DNA of 64,000 bases. Origin: Eledone cirrhosa. Lineage: Eukaryota. Below are positions 13,206-28,200 of the stretch, piece after piece (position 1 is the first letter of the stretch; each line of letters opens with the position of its first letter). The notes under the pieces were generated by a model. That model ran no database searches. It saw only the letters and a list, made by a program, of their open reading frames with translations, and was not told where the DNA came from. Both the position numbers and the translations under genes were made by a program. The stretch is from assembly GCA_964016885.1 (NCBI GenBank), contig OZ024744.1, positions 136,338,001 through 136,402,000 on the forward strand. The letters run 5' to 3'.

Positions 13206-16200
13206 GAGAAACTGTGTCTGAGAGGGATAGAATGTAGTGTGCGAGAGAGGAGACTGAGGTGGTATGAACATGTGATGAGTTGAAAGAGAAACTGTGTCTG
13301 AGAGGGATAGAATGTAGTGTGTGAGAGAGGAGACAGGTGGTATGGACATGTGATGAGTTGAGAGAGAAACTCTGTCTGAGAGGGATAGAATGTAGTGTGC
13401 GAGCGAGGAGACTGAGGTGGTATGAACATGTGATGAGTTGAAAGAGAAACTGTGTCTGAGAGGGATAGAATGTAGTGTGTGAGAGAGGAGACAGGTGGTA
13501 TGGACATGTGATGAGTTGAGAGAGAAACTGTGTCTGAGCGGGATAGAATGTAGTGTACGGGAGAGGAGACAGGTGGTATGAACATGTGATGAGTTGAGAA
13601 ACTGTGTCTGAGAGGGATAGAATGTAGTGTGCGAGAGAGGAGACTGAGGTGGTATGGACATGTGATGACTTGAGAGAGAAACTGTGTCTGAGAGAGATAG
13701 AATGTAGTGTGTGAGAGAGGAGACTGAGGTGGTATGGACATGTGATGTGTTGTGAGAGAAACTGTGTCTGAGAGAGATAGAATGTAGTGTGTGAGAGGGG
13801 AGACTGAGGTGGTATAGACATGTGATGAGTTGAGAGAGAAACTGTGACTGAGAGGGATAGAATGTGGTGTGCGAGAGAGGAGACTGAGGTGGTATGGACA
13901 TGTGATGTGTTGAGAGAGAAACCGTGTCTGAGAGGGATAGAATGTAGTGTGCGAGAGAGGAGACTGAGGTGCTATGGACATGTGATGTGTCGAGAGAGAA
14001 ACTGTGTCTGAGAGGGATATAATGTAGTGTGCGAGAGAGGAGACTGAGGTGGTATGGACATGTGATGTGTTGAGAGAGAAACTGTGTCTGAGAGGGATAT
14101 AATGTAGTGTGCGAGAGAGGAGACTGAGGTGGTATGGACATGTGATGTGTTGAGAGAGAAACTGTGTCTGAGAGGGATAGAATGTAGTGTGCGAGAGAGG
14201 AGACTGAGGTGGTATGGACATGTGATGAGTTGAGAGAGAAACTGTCTGAGAGGGATAGAATGTAGTGTGCGAGAGAGGAGACTGAGGTGGTATGGACATG
14301 TGATGTGTTGAGAGAGAAACTGTGTCTGAGAAGGATAGAATGTAGTGTGCGAGAGAGGAGACTGAGGTGGTATGGACATGTGATGACTTGAGAGAGAAAC
14401 TGTCTGAGAGGGATAGAATGTAGTGTGCGAGAGGGGAGACTGAGGTAGTATAGACATGTGATGAATTGAGAGAGAAACTGTGTCTGAGAGGGATAGAATG
14501 TAGTGTACGGGAGAGGAGACTGAGGTGGTATGAACATGTGATGAGTTGAGAGAGAAACTGTGTCTGAGAGGGATAGAATGTAGTGTGCGAGAGAGGAGAC
14601 TGAGGTGGTATGGACATGTGATGAGTTGAGAGAGAAACTGTGTCTGAGAGAGATAGAATGTAGTGTGTGAGAGGAGAGACTGAGGTGGTATGGACATGTG
14701 ATGAGTTGAGAGAGAAACTGTCTGAGAGGGATAGAATGTAGTGTGCGAGAGAGGAGACTGAGGTGGTATGGACATGTGAAGTGTTGAGAGAGAAACTGTG
14801 TCTGAGAGAGATAGAATGAAGTGTGCGAGAGAGGAGACAGGTGGTATGGACATGTGATGAGTTGAGAGAGAAACTGTGTCTGAGAGGGATAGAATGTAGT
14901 CTGTGAGAGAGGGGACTGAGGTGGTATGGACATGTGATGTGTTGAGAGAGAAACTGTGTCTGAGAGGGATATAATGTAGTGTGCGAGAGAGGAGACTGAG
15001 GTGGTATGGACATGTGATGTGTTGAGAGAGAAACTGTGTCTGAGAGGGATAGAATGTAGTGTGCGAGAGAGGAGACTGAGGTGGTATGGACATGTGATGA
15101 GTTGAGAGAGAAACTGTGTCTGAGAGGGATAGAATGTAGTGTAAGAGAGAGGAGACTGAGGTAGTATGGACATGTGATGAGTTGAGAGAGAAACTGTGTC
15201 TGAGAGGGATAGAATGTAGTGTACGAGAGAGGAGACTGAGGTGGTATGTACATGTGATGAATTGAGAGAGAAACTGTGTCTGAGAGAGATAGAATGTAGT
15301 GTGCGAGAGAGGAGACTGAGGTGGTATGTACATGTGATGACTTGAGAGAGAAACTGTGTCTGAGAGAGATAGAATGTAGTGTACGAGAGAGGAGACTGAG
15401 GTGGTATGTACATGTGATGAATTGAGAGAGAAACTGTGTCTGAGAGAGATAGAATGTAGTGTGCGAGAGAGGAGACTGAGGTGGTATGGACATGTGATGT
15501 GTTGAGAGAGAAACTGTGTCTGAGAGGGATAGAATGTAGTGTACGGGAGAGGAGACAGGTGGTATGGACATGTGATGAGTTGAAAGAGAAACTGTGTCTG
15601 AGAGGGATAGAATGTAGTGTGCGAGAGAGGAGACTGAGGTGGTATGAACATGTGATGAGTTGAGAGAGAAACTGTGTCTGAGAGGGATAGAATGTAGTGT
15701 GCGAGAGAGGAGACGGAGGTGGTATGGACATGTGATGAGTTGAGAGAGAAACTGTGTCTGAGAGGGATATAATGTAGTGTGCGAGAGAGGAGACTGAGGT
15801 GGTATGGACATGTGATGTGTTGAGAGAGAAACTGTGTCTGAGAGGGATAGAATGTAGTGTGCGAGAGAGGAGACTGAGGTGGTATGGACATGTGATGAGT
15901 TGAGAGAGAAACTGTCTGAGAGGGATAGAATGTAGTGTGCGAGAGAGGAGACTGAGGTGGTATGTACATGTGATGACTTGAGAGAGAAACTGTGTCTGAG
16001 AGAGATAGAATGTAGTGTACGAGAGAGGAGACTGAGGTGGTATGTACATGTGATGAATTGAGAGAGAAACTGTGTCTGAGAGAGATAGAATGTAGTGTGC
16101 GAGAGAGGAGACTGAGGTGGTATGGACATGTGATGTGTTGAGAGAGAAACTGTGTCTGAGAGGGATAGAATGTAGTGTACGGGAGAGGAGACAGGTGGTA

Positions 16201-19200
16201 TGGACATGTGATGAGTTGAAAGAGAAACTGTGTCTGAGAGGGATAGAATGTAGTGTGCGAGAGAGGAGACTGAGGTGGTATGAACATGTGATGAGTTGAG
16301 AGAGAAACTGTGTCTGAGAGGGATAGAATGTAGTGTGCGAGAGAGGAGACGGAGGTGGTATGGACATGTGATGAGTTGAGAGAGAAACTGTGTCTGAGAG
16401 GGATAGAATGTAGTGTACGGGAGAGGAGACAGGTGGTATGAACATGTGATGAGTTGAGAAACTGTGTCTGAGAGGGATAGAATGTAGTGTGCGAGAGAGG
16501 AGACTGAGGTGGTATGGACATGTGATGACTTGAGAGAGAAACTGTGTCTGAGAGAGATAGAATGTAGTGTGTGAGAGAGGAGACTGAGGTGGTATGGACA
16601 TGTGATGTGTTGTGAGAGAAACTGTGTCTGAGAGAGATAGAATGTAGTGTGTGAGAGGGGAGACTGAGGTGGTATAGACATGTGATGAGTTGAGAGAGAA
16701 ACTGTGACTGAGAGGGATAGAATGTGGTGTGCGAGAGAGGAGACTGAGGTGGTATGGACATGTGATGTGTTGAGAGAGAAACCGTGTCTGAGAGGGATAG
16801 AATGTAGTGTGCGAGAGAGGAGACTGAGGTGGTATGGACATGTGATGTGTTGAGAGAGAAACTGTGTCTGAGAGGGATAGAATGTAGTGTGCGAGAGAGG
16901 AGACTGAGGTGGTATGGACATGTGATGTGTTGAGAGAGAAACTGTGTCTGAGAGGGATATAATGTAGTGTGCGAGAGAGGAGACTGAGGTGGTATGGACA
17001 TGTGATGTGTTGAGAGAGAAACTGTGTCTGAGAGGGATAGAATGTAGTGTAAGAGAGAGGAGACTGAGGTAGTATGGACATGTGATGAGTTGAGAGAGAA
17101 ACTGTGTCTGAGAGGGATAGAATGTAGTGTGCGAGAGAGGAGACTGAGATGGTATGGACATGTGATGTGTTGAGAGAGAAACTGTGTCTGAGAGGGATAG
17201 AATGTAGTGTGCGAGAGAGGAGACTGAGGTGGTATGGACATGTGATGACTTGAGAGAGAAAATGTCTGACAGGGATAGAATGTAGTGTGCGAGAGGGGAG
17301 ACTGAGGTAGTATAGACATGTGATGAATTGAGAGAGAAACTGTGTCTGAGAGGGATAGAATGTAGTGTGCGAAAGAGGAGACTGAGGTGGTATGGACATG
17401 TGATGAGTTGAGAGAGAAACTGTGTCTGAGAGAGATAGAATGTAGTGTGTGAGAGGGGAGACTGAGGTGGTATGGACATGTGATGAGTTGAGAGAGAAAC
17501 TGTCTGAGAGGGATAGAATGTAGTGTGCGAGAGAGGAGACTGAGGTGGTATGGACATGTGAAGTGTTGAGAGAGAAACTGTGTCTGAGAGTGATAGAATG
17601 TAGTGTGCGAGAGAGGAGACTGAGGTGGTATGGACATGTGATGAGTTGAGAGAGAAACTGTGTCTGAGAGGGATAGAATATAGTGTGCGAGAGGAGGAGA
17701 CTGAGGTGGTATGGACATGTGATGTGTTGAGAGAGAAACTGTGTCCGAGAGTGATAGAATGTAGTGTAAGAGAGAGGAGACTGAGGTGGTATGGACATGT
17801 GATGAGTTGAGAGAGAAACTGTGTCTGATAGGGATAGAATATAGTGTGCGAGAGGAGGAGACTGAGGTGGTATGGACATGTGATGTGTTGAGAGAGAAAC
17901 TGTCTGAGAGGGATAGAATGTAGTGTGTGAGAGAAGAGACTGAGGTGGTATGGACATGTGATGTGTTGAGAGAGAAACTGTGTCTGAGAGGGATAGAATG
18001 TAGTGTGCGAGAGAGGAGACTGAGGTGGTATGTACATGTGATGACTTGAGAGAGAAACTGTGTCTGAGAGAGATAGAATGTAGTGTACGAGAGAGGAGAC
18101 TGAGGTGGTATGTACATGTGATGAATTGAGAGAGAAACTGTGTCTGAGAGAGATAGAATGTAGTGTGCGAGAGAGGAGACTGAGGTGGTACGGACATGTG
18201 ATGTGTTGAGAGAGAAACTGTGTCTGAGAGGGATAGAATGTAGTGTACGGGAGAGGAGACAGGTGGTATGGACATGTGATGAGTTGAAAGAGAAACTGTG
18301 TCTGAGAGGGATAGAATGTAGTGTGCGAGAGAGGAGACTGAGGTGGTATGAACATGTGATGAGTTGAAAGAGAAACTGTGTCTGAGAGGGATAGAATGTA
18401 GTGTGTGAGAGAGGAGACAGGTGGTATGGACATGTGATGAGTTGAGAGAGAAACTCTGTCTGAGAGGGATAGAATGTAGTGTGCGAGCGAGGAGACTGAG
18501 GTGGTATGAACATGTGATGAGTTGAAAGAGAAACTGTGTCTGAGAGGGATAGAATGTAGTGTGTGAGAGAGGAGACAGGTGGTATGGACATGTGATGAGT
18601 TGAGAGAGAAACTGTGTCTGAGCGGGATAGAATGTAGTGTACGGGAGAGGAGACAGGTGGTATGAACATGTGATGAGTTGAGAAACTGTGTCTGAGAGGG
18701 ATAGAATGTAGTGTGCGAGAGAGGAGACTGAGGTGGTATGGACATGTGATGACTTGAGAGAGAAACTGTGTCTGAGAGAGATAGAATGTAGTGTGCGAGA
18801 GAGGAGACTGAGGTGGTATGGACATGTGATGTGTTGAGAGAGAAACTGTGTCTGAGAGGGATAGAATGTAGTGTACGGGAGAGGAGACAGGTGGTATGGA
18901 CATGTGATGAGTTGAAAGAGAAACTGTGTCTGAGAGGGATAGAATGTAGTGTGCGAGAGAGGAGACTGAGGTGGTATGAACATGTGATGAGTTGAGAGAG
19001 AAACTGTGTCTGAGAGGGATAGAATGTAGTGTGCGAGAGAGGAGACGGAGGTGGTATGGACATGTGATGAGTTGAGAGAGAAACTGTGTCTGAGAGGGAT
19101 ATAATGTAGTGTGCGAGAGAGGAGACTGAGGTGGTATGGACATGTGATGTGTTGAGAGAGAAACTGTGTCTGAGAGGGATAGAATGTAGTGTGCGAGAGA

Positions 19201-22200
19201 GGAGACTGAGGTGGTATGGACATGTGATGAGTTGAGAGAGAAACTGTCTGAGAGGGATAGAATGTAGTGTGCGAGAGAGGAGACTGAGGTGGTATGTACA
19301 TGTGATGACTTGAGAGAGAAACTGTGTCTGAGAGAGATAGAATGTAGTGTACGAGAGAGGAGACTGAGGTGGTATGTACATGTGATGAATTGAGAGAGAA
19401 ACTGTGTCTGAGAGAGATAGAATGTAGTGTGCGAGAGAGGAGACTGAGGTGGTATGGACATGTGATGTGTTGAGAGAGAAACTGTGTCTGAGAGGGATAG
19501 AATGTAGTGTACGGGAGAGGAGACAGGTGGTATGGACATGTGATGAGTTGAAAGAGAAACTGTGTCTGAGAGGGATAGAATGTAGTGTGCGAGAGAGGAG
19601 ACTGAGGTGGTATGAACATGTGATGAGTTGAGAGAGAAACTGTGTCTGAGAGGGATAGAATGTAGTGTGCGAGAGAGGAGACGGAGGTGGTATGGACATG
19701 TGATGAGTTGAGAGAGAAACTGTGTCTGAGAGGGATAGAATGTAGTGTACGGGAGAGGAGACAGGTGGTATGAACATGTGATGAGTTGAGAAACTGTGTC
19801 TGAGAGGGATAGAATGTAGTGTGCGAGAGAGGAGACTGAGGTGGTATGGACATGTGATGACTTGAGAGAGAAACTGTGTCTGAGAGAGATAGAATGTAGT
19901 GTGTGAGAGAGGAGACTGAGGTGGTATGGACATGTGATGTGTTGTGAGAGAAACTGTGTCTGAGAGAGATAGAATGTAGTGTGTGAGAGGGGAGACTGAG
20001 GTGGTATAGACATGTGATGAGTTGAGAGAGAAACTGTGACTGAGAGGGATAGAATGTGGTGTGCGAGAGAGGAGACTGAGGTGGTATGGACATGTGATGT
20101 GTTGAGAGAGAAACCGTGTCTGAGAGGGATAGAATGTAGTGTGCGAGAGAGGAGACTGAGGTGCTATGGACATGTGATGTGTCGAGAGAGAAACTGTGTC
20201 TGAGAGGGATATAATGTAGTGTGCAAGAGAGGAGACTGAGGTGGTATGGACATGTGATGTGTTGAGAGAGAAACTGTGTCTGAGAGGGATATAATGTAGT
20301 GTGCGAGAGAGGAGACTGAGGTGGTATGGACATGTGATGTGTTGAGAGAGAAACTGTGTCTGAGAGGGATAGAATGTAGTGTAAGAGAGAGGAGACTGAG
20401 GTAGTATGGACATGTGATGAGTTGAGAGAGAAACTGTGTCTGAGAGGGATAGAATGTAGTGTGCGAGAGAGGAGACTGAGATGGTATGGACATGTGATGT
20501 GTTGAGAGAGAAACTGTGTCTGAGAGGGATAGAATGTAGTGTGCGAGAGAGGAGACTGAGGTGGTATGGACATGTGATGACTTGAGAGAGAAAATGTCTG
20601 ACAGGGATAGAATGTAGTGTGCGAGAGGGGAGACTGAGGTAGTATAGACATGTGATGAATTGAGAGAGAAACTGTGTCTGAGAGGGATAGAATGTAGTGT
20701 GCGAAAGAGGAGACTGAGGTGGTATGGACATGTGATGAGTTGAGAGAGAAACTGTGTCTGAGAGAGATAGAATGTAGTGTGTGAGAGGGGAGACTGAGGT
20801 GGTATGGACATGTGATGAGTTGAGAGAGAAACTGTCTGAGAGGGATAGAATGTAGTGTGCGAGAGAGGAGACTGAGGTGGTATGGACATGTGAAGTGTTG
20901 AGAGAGAAACTGTGTCTGAGAGTGATAGAATGTAGTGTGCGAGAGAGGAGACTGAGGTGGTATGGACATGTGATGAGTTGAGAGAGAAACTGTGTCTGAG
21001 AGGGATAGAATATAGTGTGCGAGAGGAGGAGACTGAGGTGGTATGGACATGTGATGTGTTGAGAGAGAAACTGTGTCCGAGAGTGATAGAATGTAGTGTA
21101 AGAGAGAGGAGACTGAGGTGGTATGGACATGTGATGAGTTGAGAGAGAAACTGTGTCTGATAGGGATAGAATATAGTGTGCGAGAGGAGGAGACTGAGGT
21201 GGTATGGACATGTGATGTGTTGAGAGAGAAACTGTCTGAGAGGGATAGAATGTAGTGTGTGAGAGAAGAGACTGAGGTGGTATGGACATGTGATGTGTTG
21301 AGAGAGAAACTGTGTCTGAGAGGGATAGAATGTAGTGTGCGAGAGAGGAGACTGAGGTGGTATGTACATGTGATGACTTGAGAGAGAAACTGTGTCTGAG
21401 AGAGATAGAATGTAGTGTACGAGAGAGGAGACTGAGGTGGTATGTACATGTGATGAATTGAGAGAGAAACTGTGTCTGAGAGAGATAGAATGTAGTGTGC
21501 GAGAGAGGAGACTGAGGTGGTACGGACATGTGATGTGTTGAGAGAGAAACTGTGTCTGAGAGGGATAGAATGTAGTGTACGGGAGAGGAGACAGGTGGTA
21601 TGGACATGTGATGAGTTGAAAGAGAAACTGTGTCTGAGAGGGATAGAATGTAGTGTGCGAGAGAGGAGACTGAGGTGGTATGAACATGTGATGAGTTGAA
21701 AGAGAAACTGTGTCTGAGAGGGATAGAATGTAGTGTGTGAGAGAGGAGACAGGTGGTATGGACATGTGATGAGTTGAGAGAGAAACTCTGTCTGAGAGGG
21801 ATAGAATGTAGTGTGCGAGCGAGGAGACTGAGGTGGTATGAACATGTGATGAGTTGAAAGAGAAACTGTGTCTGAGAGGGATAGAATGTAGTGTGTGAGA
21901 GAGGAGACAGGTGGTATGGACATGTGATGAGTTGAGAGAGAAACTGTGTCTGAGCGGGATAGAATGTAGTGTACGGGAGAGGAGACAGGTGGTATGAACA
22001 TGTGATGAGTTGAGAAACTGTGTCTGAGAGGGATAGAATGTAGTGTGCGAGAGAGGAGACTGAGGTGGTATGGACATGTGATGACTTGAGAGAGAAACTG
22101 TGTCTGAGAGAGATAGAATGTAGTGTGTGAGAGAGGAGACTGAGGTGGTATGGACATGTGATGTGTTGTGAGAGAAACTGTGTCTGAGAGAGATAGAATG

Positions 22201-25200
22201 TAGTGTGTGAGAGGGGAGACTGAGGTGGTATAGACATGTGATGAGTTGAGAGAGAAACTGTGACTGAGAGGGATAGAATGTGGTGTGCGAGAGAGGAGAC
22301 TGAGGTGGTATGGACATGTGATGTGTTGAGAGAGAAACCGTGTCTGAGAGGGATAGAATGTAGTGTGCGAGAGAGGAGACTGAGGTGCTATGGACATGTG
22401 ATGTGTCGAGAGAGAAACTGTGTCTGAGAGGGATATAATGTAGTGTGCGAGAGAGGAGACTGAGGTGGTATGGACATGTGATGTGTTGAGAGAGAAACTG
22501 TGTCTGAGAGGGATATAATGTAGTGTGCGAGAGAGGAGACTGAGGTGGTATGGACATGTGATGTGTTGAGAGAGAAACTGTGTCTGAGAGGGATAGAATG
22601 TAGTGTGCGAGAGAGGAGACTGAGGTGGTATGGACATGTGATGAGTTGAGAGAGAAACTGTCTGAGAGGGATAGAATGTAGTGTGCGAGAGAGGAGACTG
22701 AGGTGGTATGGACATGTGATGTGTTGAGAGAGAAACTGTGTCTGAGAAGGATAGAATGTAGTGTGCGAGAGAGGAGACTGAGGTGGTATGGACATGTGAT
22801 GACTTGAGAGAGAAACTGTCTGAGAGGGATAGAATGTAGTGTGCGAGAGGGGAGACTGAGGTAGTATAGACATGTGATGAATTGAGAGAGAAACTGTGTC
22901 TGAGAGGGATAGAATGTAGTGTACGGGAGAGGAGACTGAGGTGGTATGAACATGTGATGAGTTGAGAGAGAAACTGTGTCTGAGAGGGATAGAATGTAGT
23001 GTGCGAGAGAGGAGACTGAGGTGGTATGGACATGTGATGAGTTGAGAGAGAAACTGTGTCTGAGAGAGATAGAATGTAGTGTGTGAGAGGAGAGACTGAG
23101 GTGGTATGGACATGTGATGAGTTGAGAGAGAAACTGTCTGAGAGGGATAGAATGTAGTGTGCGAGAGAGGAGACTGAGGTGGTATGGACATGTGAAGTGT
23201 TGAGAGAGAAACTGTGTCTGAGAGAGATAGAATGAAGTGTGCGAGAGAGGAGACAGGTGGTATGGACATGTGATGAGTTGAGAGAGAAACTGTGTCTGAG
23301 AGGGATAGAATGTAGTCTGTGAGAGAGGGGACTGAGGTGGTATGGACATGTGATGTGTTGAGAGAGAAACTGTGTCTGAGAGGGATATAATGTAGTGTGC
23401 GAGAGAGGAGACTGAGGTGGTATGGACATGTGATGTGTTGAGAGAGAAACTGTGTCTGAGAGGGATAGAATGTAGTGTGCGAGAGAGGAGACTGAGGTGG
23501 TATGGACATGTGATGAGTTGAGAGAGAAACTGTGTCTGAGAGGGATAGAATGTAGTGTAAGAGAGAGGAGACTGAGGTAGTATGGACATGTGATGAGTTG
23601 AGAGAGAAACTGTGTCTGAGAGGGATAGAATGTAGTGTGCGAGAGAGGAGACTGAGATGGTATGGACATGTGATGTGTTGAGAGAGAAACTGTGTCTGAG
23701 AGGGATAGAATGTAGTGTGCGAGAGAGGAGACTGAGGTGGTATGAACATGTGATGAGTTGAAAGAGAAACTGTGTCTGAGAGGGATAGAATGTAGTGTGT
23801 GAGAGAGGAGACAGGTGGTATGGACATGTGATGAGTTGAGAGAGAAACTCTGTCTGAGAGGGATAGAATGTAGTGTGCGAGCGAGGAGACTGAGGTGGTA
23901 TGAACATGTGATGAGTTGAAAGAGAAACTGTGTCTGAGAGGGATAGAATGTAGTGTGTGAGAGAGGAGACAGGTGGTATGGACATGTGATGAGTTGAGAG
24001 AGAAACTGTGTCTGAGCGGGATAGAATGTAGTGTACGGGAGAGGAGACAGGTGGTATGAACATGTGATGAGTTGAGAAACTGTGTCTGAGAGGGATAGAA
24101 TGTAGTGTGCGAGAGAGGAGACTGAGGTGGTATGGACATGTGATGACTTGAGAGAGAAACTGTGTCTGAGAGAGATAGAATGTAGTGTGTGAGAGAGGAG
24201 ACTGAGGTGGTATGGACATGTGATGTGTTGTGAGAGAAACTGTGTCTGAGAGAGATAGAATGTAGTGTGTGAGAGGGGAGACTGAGGTGGTATAGACATG
24301 TGATGAGTTGAGAGAGAAACTGTGACTGAGAGGGATAGAATGTGGTGTGCGAGAGAGGAGACTGAGGTGGTATGGACATGTGATGTGTTGAGAGAGAAAC
24401 CGTGTCTGAGAGGGATAGAATGTAGTGTGCGAGAGAGGAGACTGAGGTGCTATGGACATGTGATGTGTCGAGAGAGAAACTGTGTCTGAGAGGGATATAA
24501 TGTAGTGTGCGAGAGAGGAGACTGAGGTGGTATGGACATGTGATGTGTTGAGAGAGAAACTGTGTCTGAGAGGGATATAATGTAGTGTGCGAGAGAGGAG
24601 ACTGAGGTGGTATGGACATGTGATGTGTTGAGAGAGAAACTGTGTCTGAGAGGGATAGAATGTAGTGTGCGAGAGAGGAGACTGAGGTGGTATGGACATG
24701 TGATGAGTTGAGAGAGAAACTGTCTGAGAGGGATAGAATGTAGTGTGCGAGAGAGGAGACTGAGGTGGTATGGACATGTGATGTGTTGAGAGAGAAACTG
24801 TGTCTGAGAAGGATAGAATGTAGTGTGCGAGAGAGGAGACTGAGGTGGTATGGACATGTGATGACTTGAGAGAGAAACTGTCTGAGAGGGATAGAATGTA
24901 GTGTGCGAGAGGGGAGACTGAGGTAGTATAGACATGTGATGAATTGAGAGAGAAACTGTGTCTGAGAGGGATAGAATGTAGTGTACGGGAGAGGAGACTG
25001 AGGTGGTATGAACATGTGATGAGTTGAGAGAGAAACTGTGTCTGAGAGGGATAGAATGTAGTGTGCGAGAGAGGAGACTGAGGTGGTATGGACATGTGAT
25101 GAGTTGAGAGAGAAACTGTGTCTGAGAGAGATAGAATGTAGTGTGTGAGAGGAGAGACTGAGGTGGTATGGACATGTGATGAGTTGAGAGAGAAACTGTC

Positions 25201-28200
25201 TGAGAGGGATAGAATGTAGTGTGCGAGAGAGGAGACTGAGGTGGTATGGACATGTGAAGTGTTGAGAGAGAAACTGTGTCTGAGAGAGATAGAATGAAGT
25301 GTGCGAGAGAGGAGACAGGTGGTATGGACATGTGATGAGTTGAGAGAGAAACTGTGTCTGAGAGGGATAGAATGTAGTCTGTGAGAGAGGGGACTGAGGT
25401 GGTATGGACATGTGATGTGTTGAGAGAGAAACTGTGTCTGAGAGGGATATAATGTAGTGTGCGAGAGAGGAGACTGAGGTGGTATGGACATGTGATGTGT
25501 TGAGAGAGAAACTGTGTCTGAGAGGGATAGAATGTAGTGTGCGAGAGAGGAGACTGAGGTGGTATGGACATGTGATGAGTTGAGAGAGAAACTGTGTCTG
25601 AGAGGGATAGAATGTAGTGTAAGAGAGAGGAGACTGAGGTAGTATGGACATGTGATGAGTTGAGAGAGAAACTGTGTCTGAGAGGGATAGAATGTAGTGT
25701 ACGAGAGAGGAGACTGAGGTGGTATGTACATGTGATGAATTGAGAGAGAAACTGTGTCTGAGAGAGATAGAATGTAGTGTGCGAGAGAGGAGACTGAGGT
25801 GGTATGTACATGTGATGACTTGAGAGAGAAACTGTGTCTGAGAGAGATAGAATGTAGTGTACGAGAGAGGAGACTGAGGTGGTATGTACATGTGATGAAT
25901 TGAGAGAGAAACTGTGTCTGAGAGAGATAGAATGTAGTGTGCGAGAGAGGAGACTGAGGTGGTATGGACATGTGATGTGTTGAGAGAGAAACTGTGTCTG
26001 AGAGGGATAGAATGTAGTGTACGGGAGAGGAGACAGGTGGTATGGACATGTGATGAGTTGAAAGAGAAACTGTGTCTGAGAGGGATAGAATGTAGTGTGC
26101 GAGAGAGGAGACTGAGGTGGTATGAACATGTGATGAGTTGAGAGAGAAACTGTGTCTGAGAGGGATAGAATGTAGTGTGCGAGAGAGGAGACGGAGGTGG
26201 TATGGACATGTGATGAGTTGAGAGAGAAACTGTGTCTGAGAGGGATATAATGTAGTGTGCGAGAGAGGAGACTGAGGTGGTATGGACATGTGATGTGTTG
26301 AGAGAGAAACTGTGTCTGAGAGGGATAGAATGTAGTGTGCGAGAGAGGAGACTGAGGTGGTATGGACATGTGATGAGTTGAGAGAGAAACTGTCTGAGAG
26401 GGATAGAATGTAGTGTGCGAGAGAGGAGACTGAGGTGGTATGTACATGTGATGACTTGAGAGAGAAACTGTGTCTGAGAGAGATAGAATGTAGTGTACGA
26501 GAGAGGAGACTGAGGTGGTATGTACATGTGATGAATTGAGAGAGAAACTGTGTCTGAGAGAGATAGAATGTAGTGTGCGAGAGAGGAGACTGAGGTGGTA
26601 TGGACATGTGATGTGTTGAGAGAGAAACTGTGTCTGAGAGGGATAGAATGTAGTGTACGGGAGAGGAGACAGGTGGTATGGACATGTGATGAGTTGAAAG
26701 AGAAACTGTGTCTGAGAGGGATAGAATGTAGTGTGCGAGAGAGGAGACTGAGGTGGTATGAACATGTGATGAGTTGAGAGAGAAACTGTGTCTGAGAGGG
26801 ATAGAATGTAGTGTGCGAGAGAGGAGACGGAGGTGGTATGGACATGTGATGAGTTGAGAGAGAAACTGTGTCTGAGAGGGATAGAATGTAGTGTACGGGA
26901 GAGGAGACAGGTGGTATGAACATGTGATGAGTTGAGAAACTGTGTCTGAGAGGGATAGAATGTAGTGTGCGAGAGAGGAGACTGAGGTGGTATGGACATG
27001 TGATGACTTGAGAGAGAAACTGTGTCTGAGAGAGATAGAATGTAGTGTGTGAGAGAGGAGACTGAGGTGGTATGGACATGTGATGTGTTGTGAGAGAAAC
27101 TGTGTCTGAGAGAGATAGAATGTAGTGTGTGAGAGGGGAGACTGAGGTGGTATAGACATGTGATGAGTTGAGAGAGAAACTGTGACTGAGAGGGATAGAA
27201 TGTGGTGTGCGAGAGAGGAGACTGAGGTGGTATGGACATGTGATGTGTTGAGAGAGAAACCGTGTCTGAGAGGGATAGAATGTAGTGTGCGAGAGAGGAG
27301 ACTGAGGTGGTATGGACATGTGATGTGTTGAGAGAGAAACTGTGTCTGAGAGGGATAGAATGTAGTGTGCGAGAGAGGAGACTGAGGTGGTATGGACATG
27401 TGATGTGTTGAGAGAGAAACTGTGTCTGAGAGGGATATAATGTAGTGTGCGAGAGAGGAGACTGAGGTGGTATGGACATGTGATGTGTTGAGAGAGAAAC
27501 TGTGTCTGAGAGGGATAGAATGTAGTGTAAGAGAGAGGAGACTGAGGTAGTATGGACATGTGATGAGTTGAGAGAGAAACTGTGTCTGAGAGGGATAGAA
27601 TGTAGTGTGCGAGAGAGGAGACTGAGATGGTATGGACATGTGATGTGTTGAGAGAGAAACTGTGTCTGAGAGGGATAGAATGTAGTGTGCGAGAGAGGAG
27701 ACTGAGGTGGTATGGACATGTGATGACTTGAGAGAGAAAATGTCTGACAGGGATAGAATGTAGTGTGCGAGAGGGGAGACTGAGGTAGTATAGACATGTG
27801 ATGAATTGAGAGAGAAACTGTGTCTGAGAGGGATAGAATGTAGTGTGCGAAAGAGGAGACTGAGGTGGTATGGACATGTGATGAGTTGAGAGAGAAACTG
27901 TGTCTGAGAGAGATAGAATGTAGTGTGTGAGAGGGGAGACTGAGGTGGTATGGACATGTGATGAGTTGAGAGAGAAACTGTCTGAGAGGGATAGAATGTA
28001 GTGTGCGAGAGAGGAGACTGAGGTGGTATGGACATGTGAAGTGTTGAGAGAGAAACTGTGTCTGAGAGTGATAGAATGTAGTGTGCGAGAGAGGAGACTG
28101 AGGTGGTATGGACATGTGATGAGTTGAGAGAGAAACTGTGTCTGAGAGGGATAGAATATAGTGTGCGAGAGGAGGAGACTGAGGTGGTATGGACATGTGA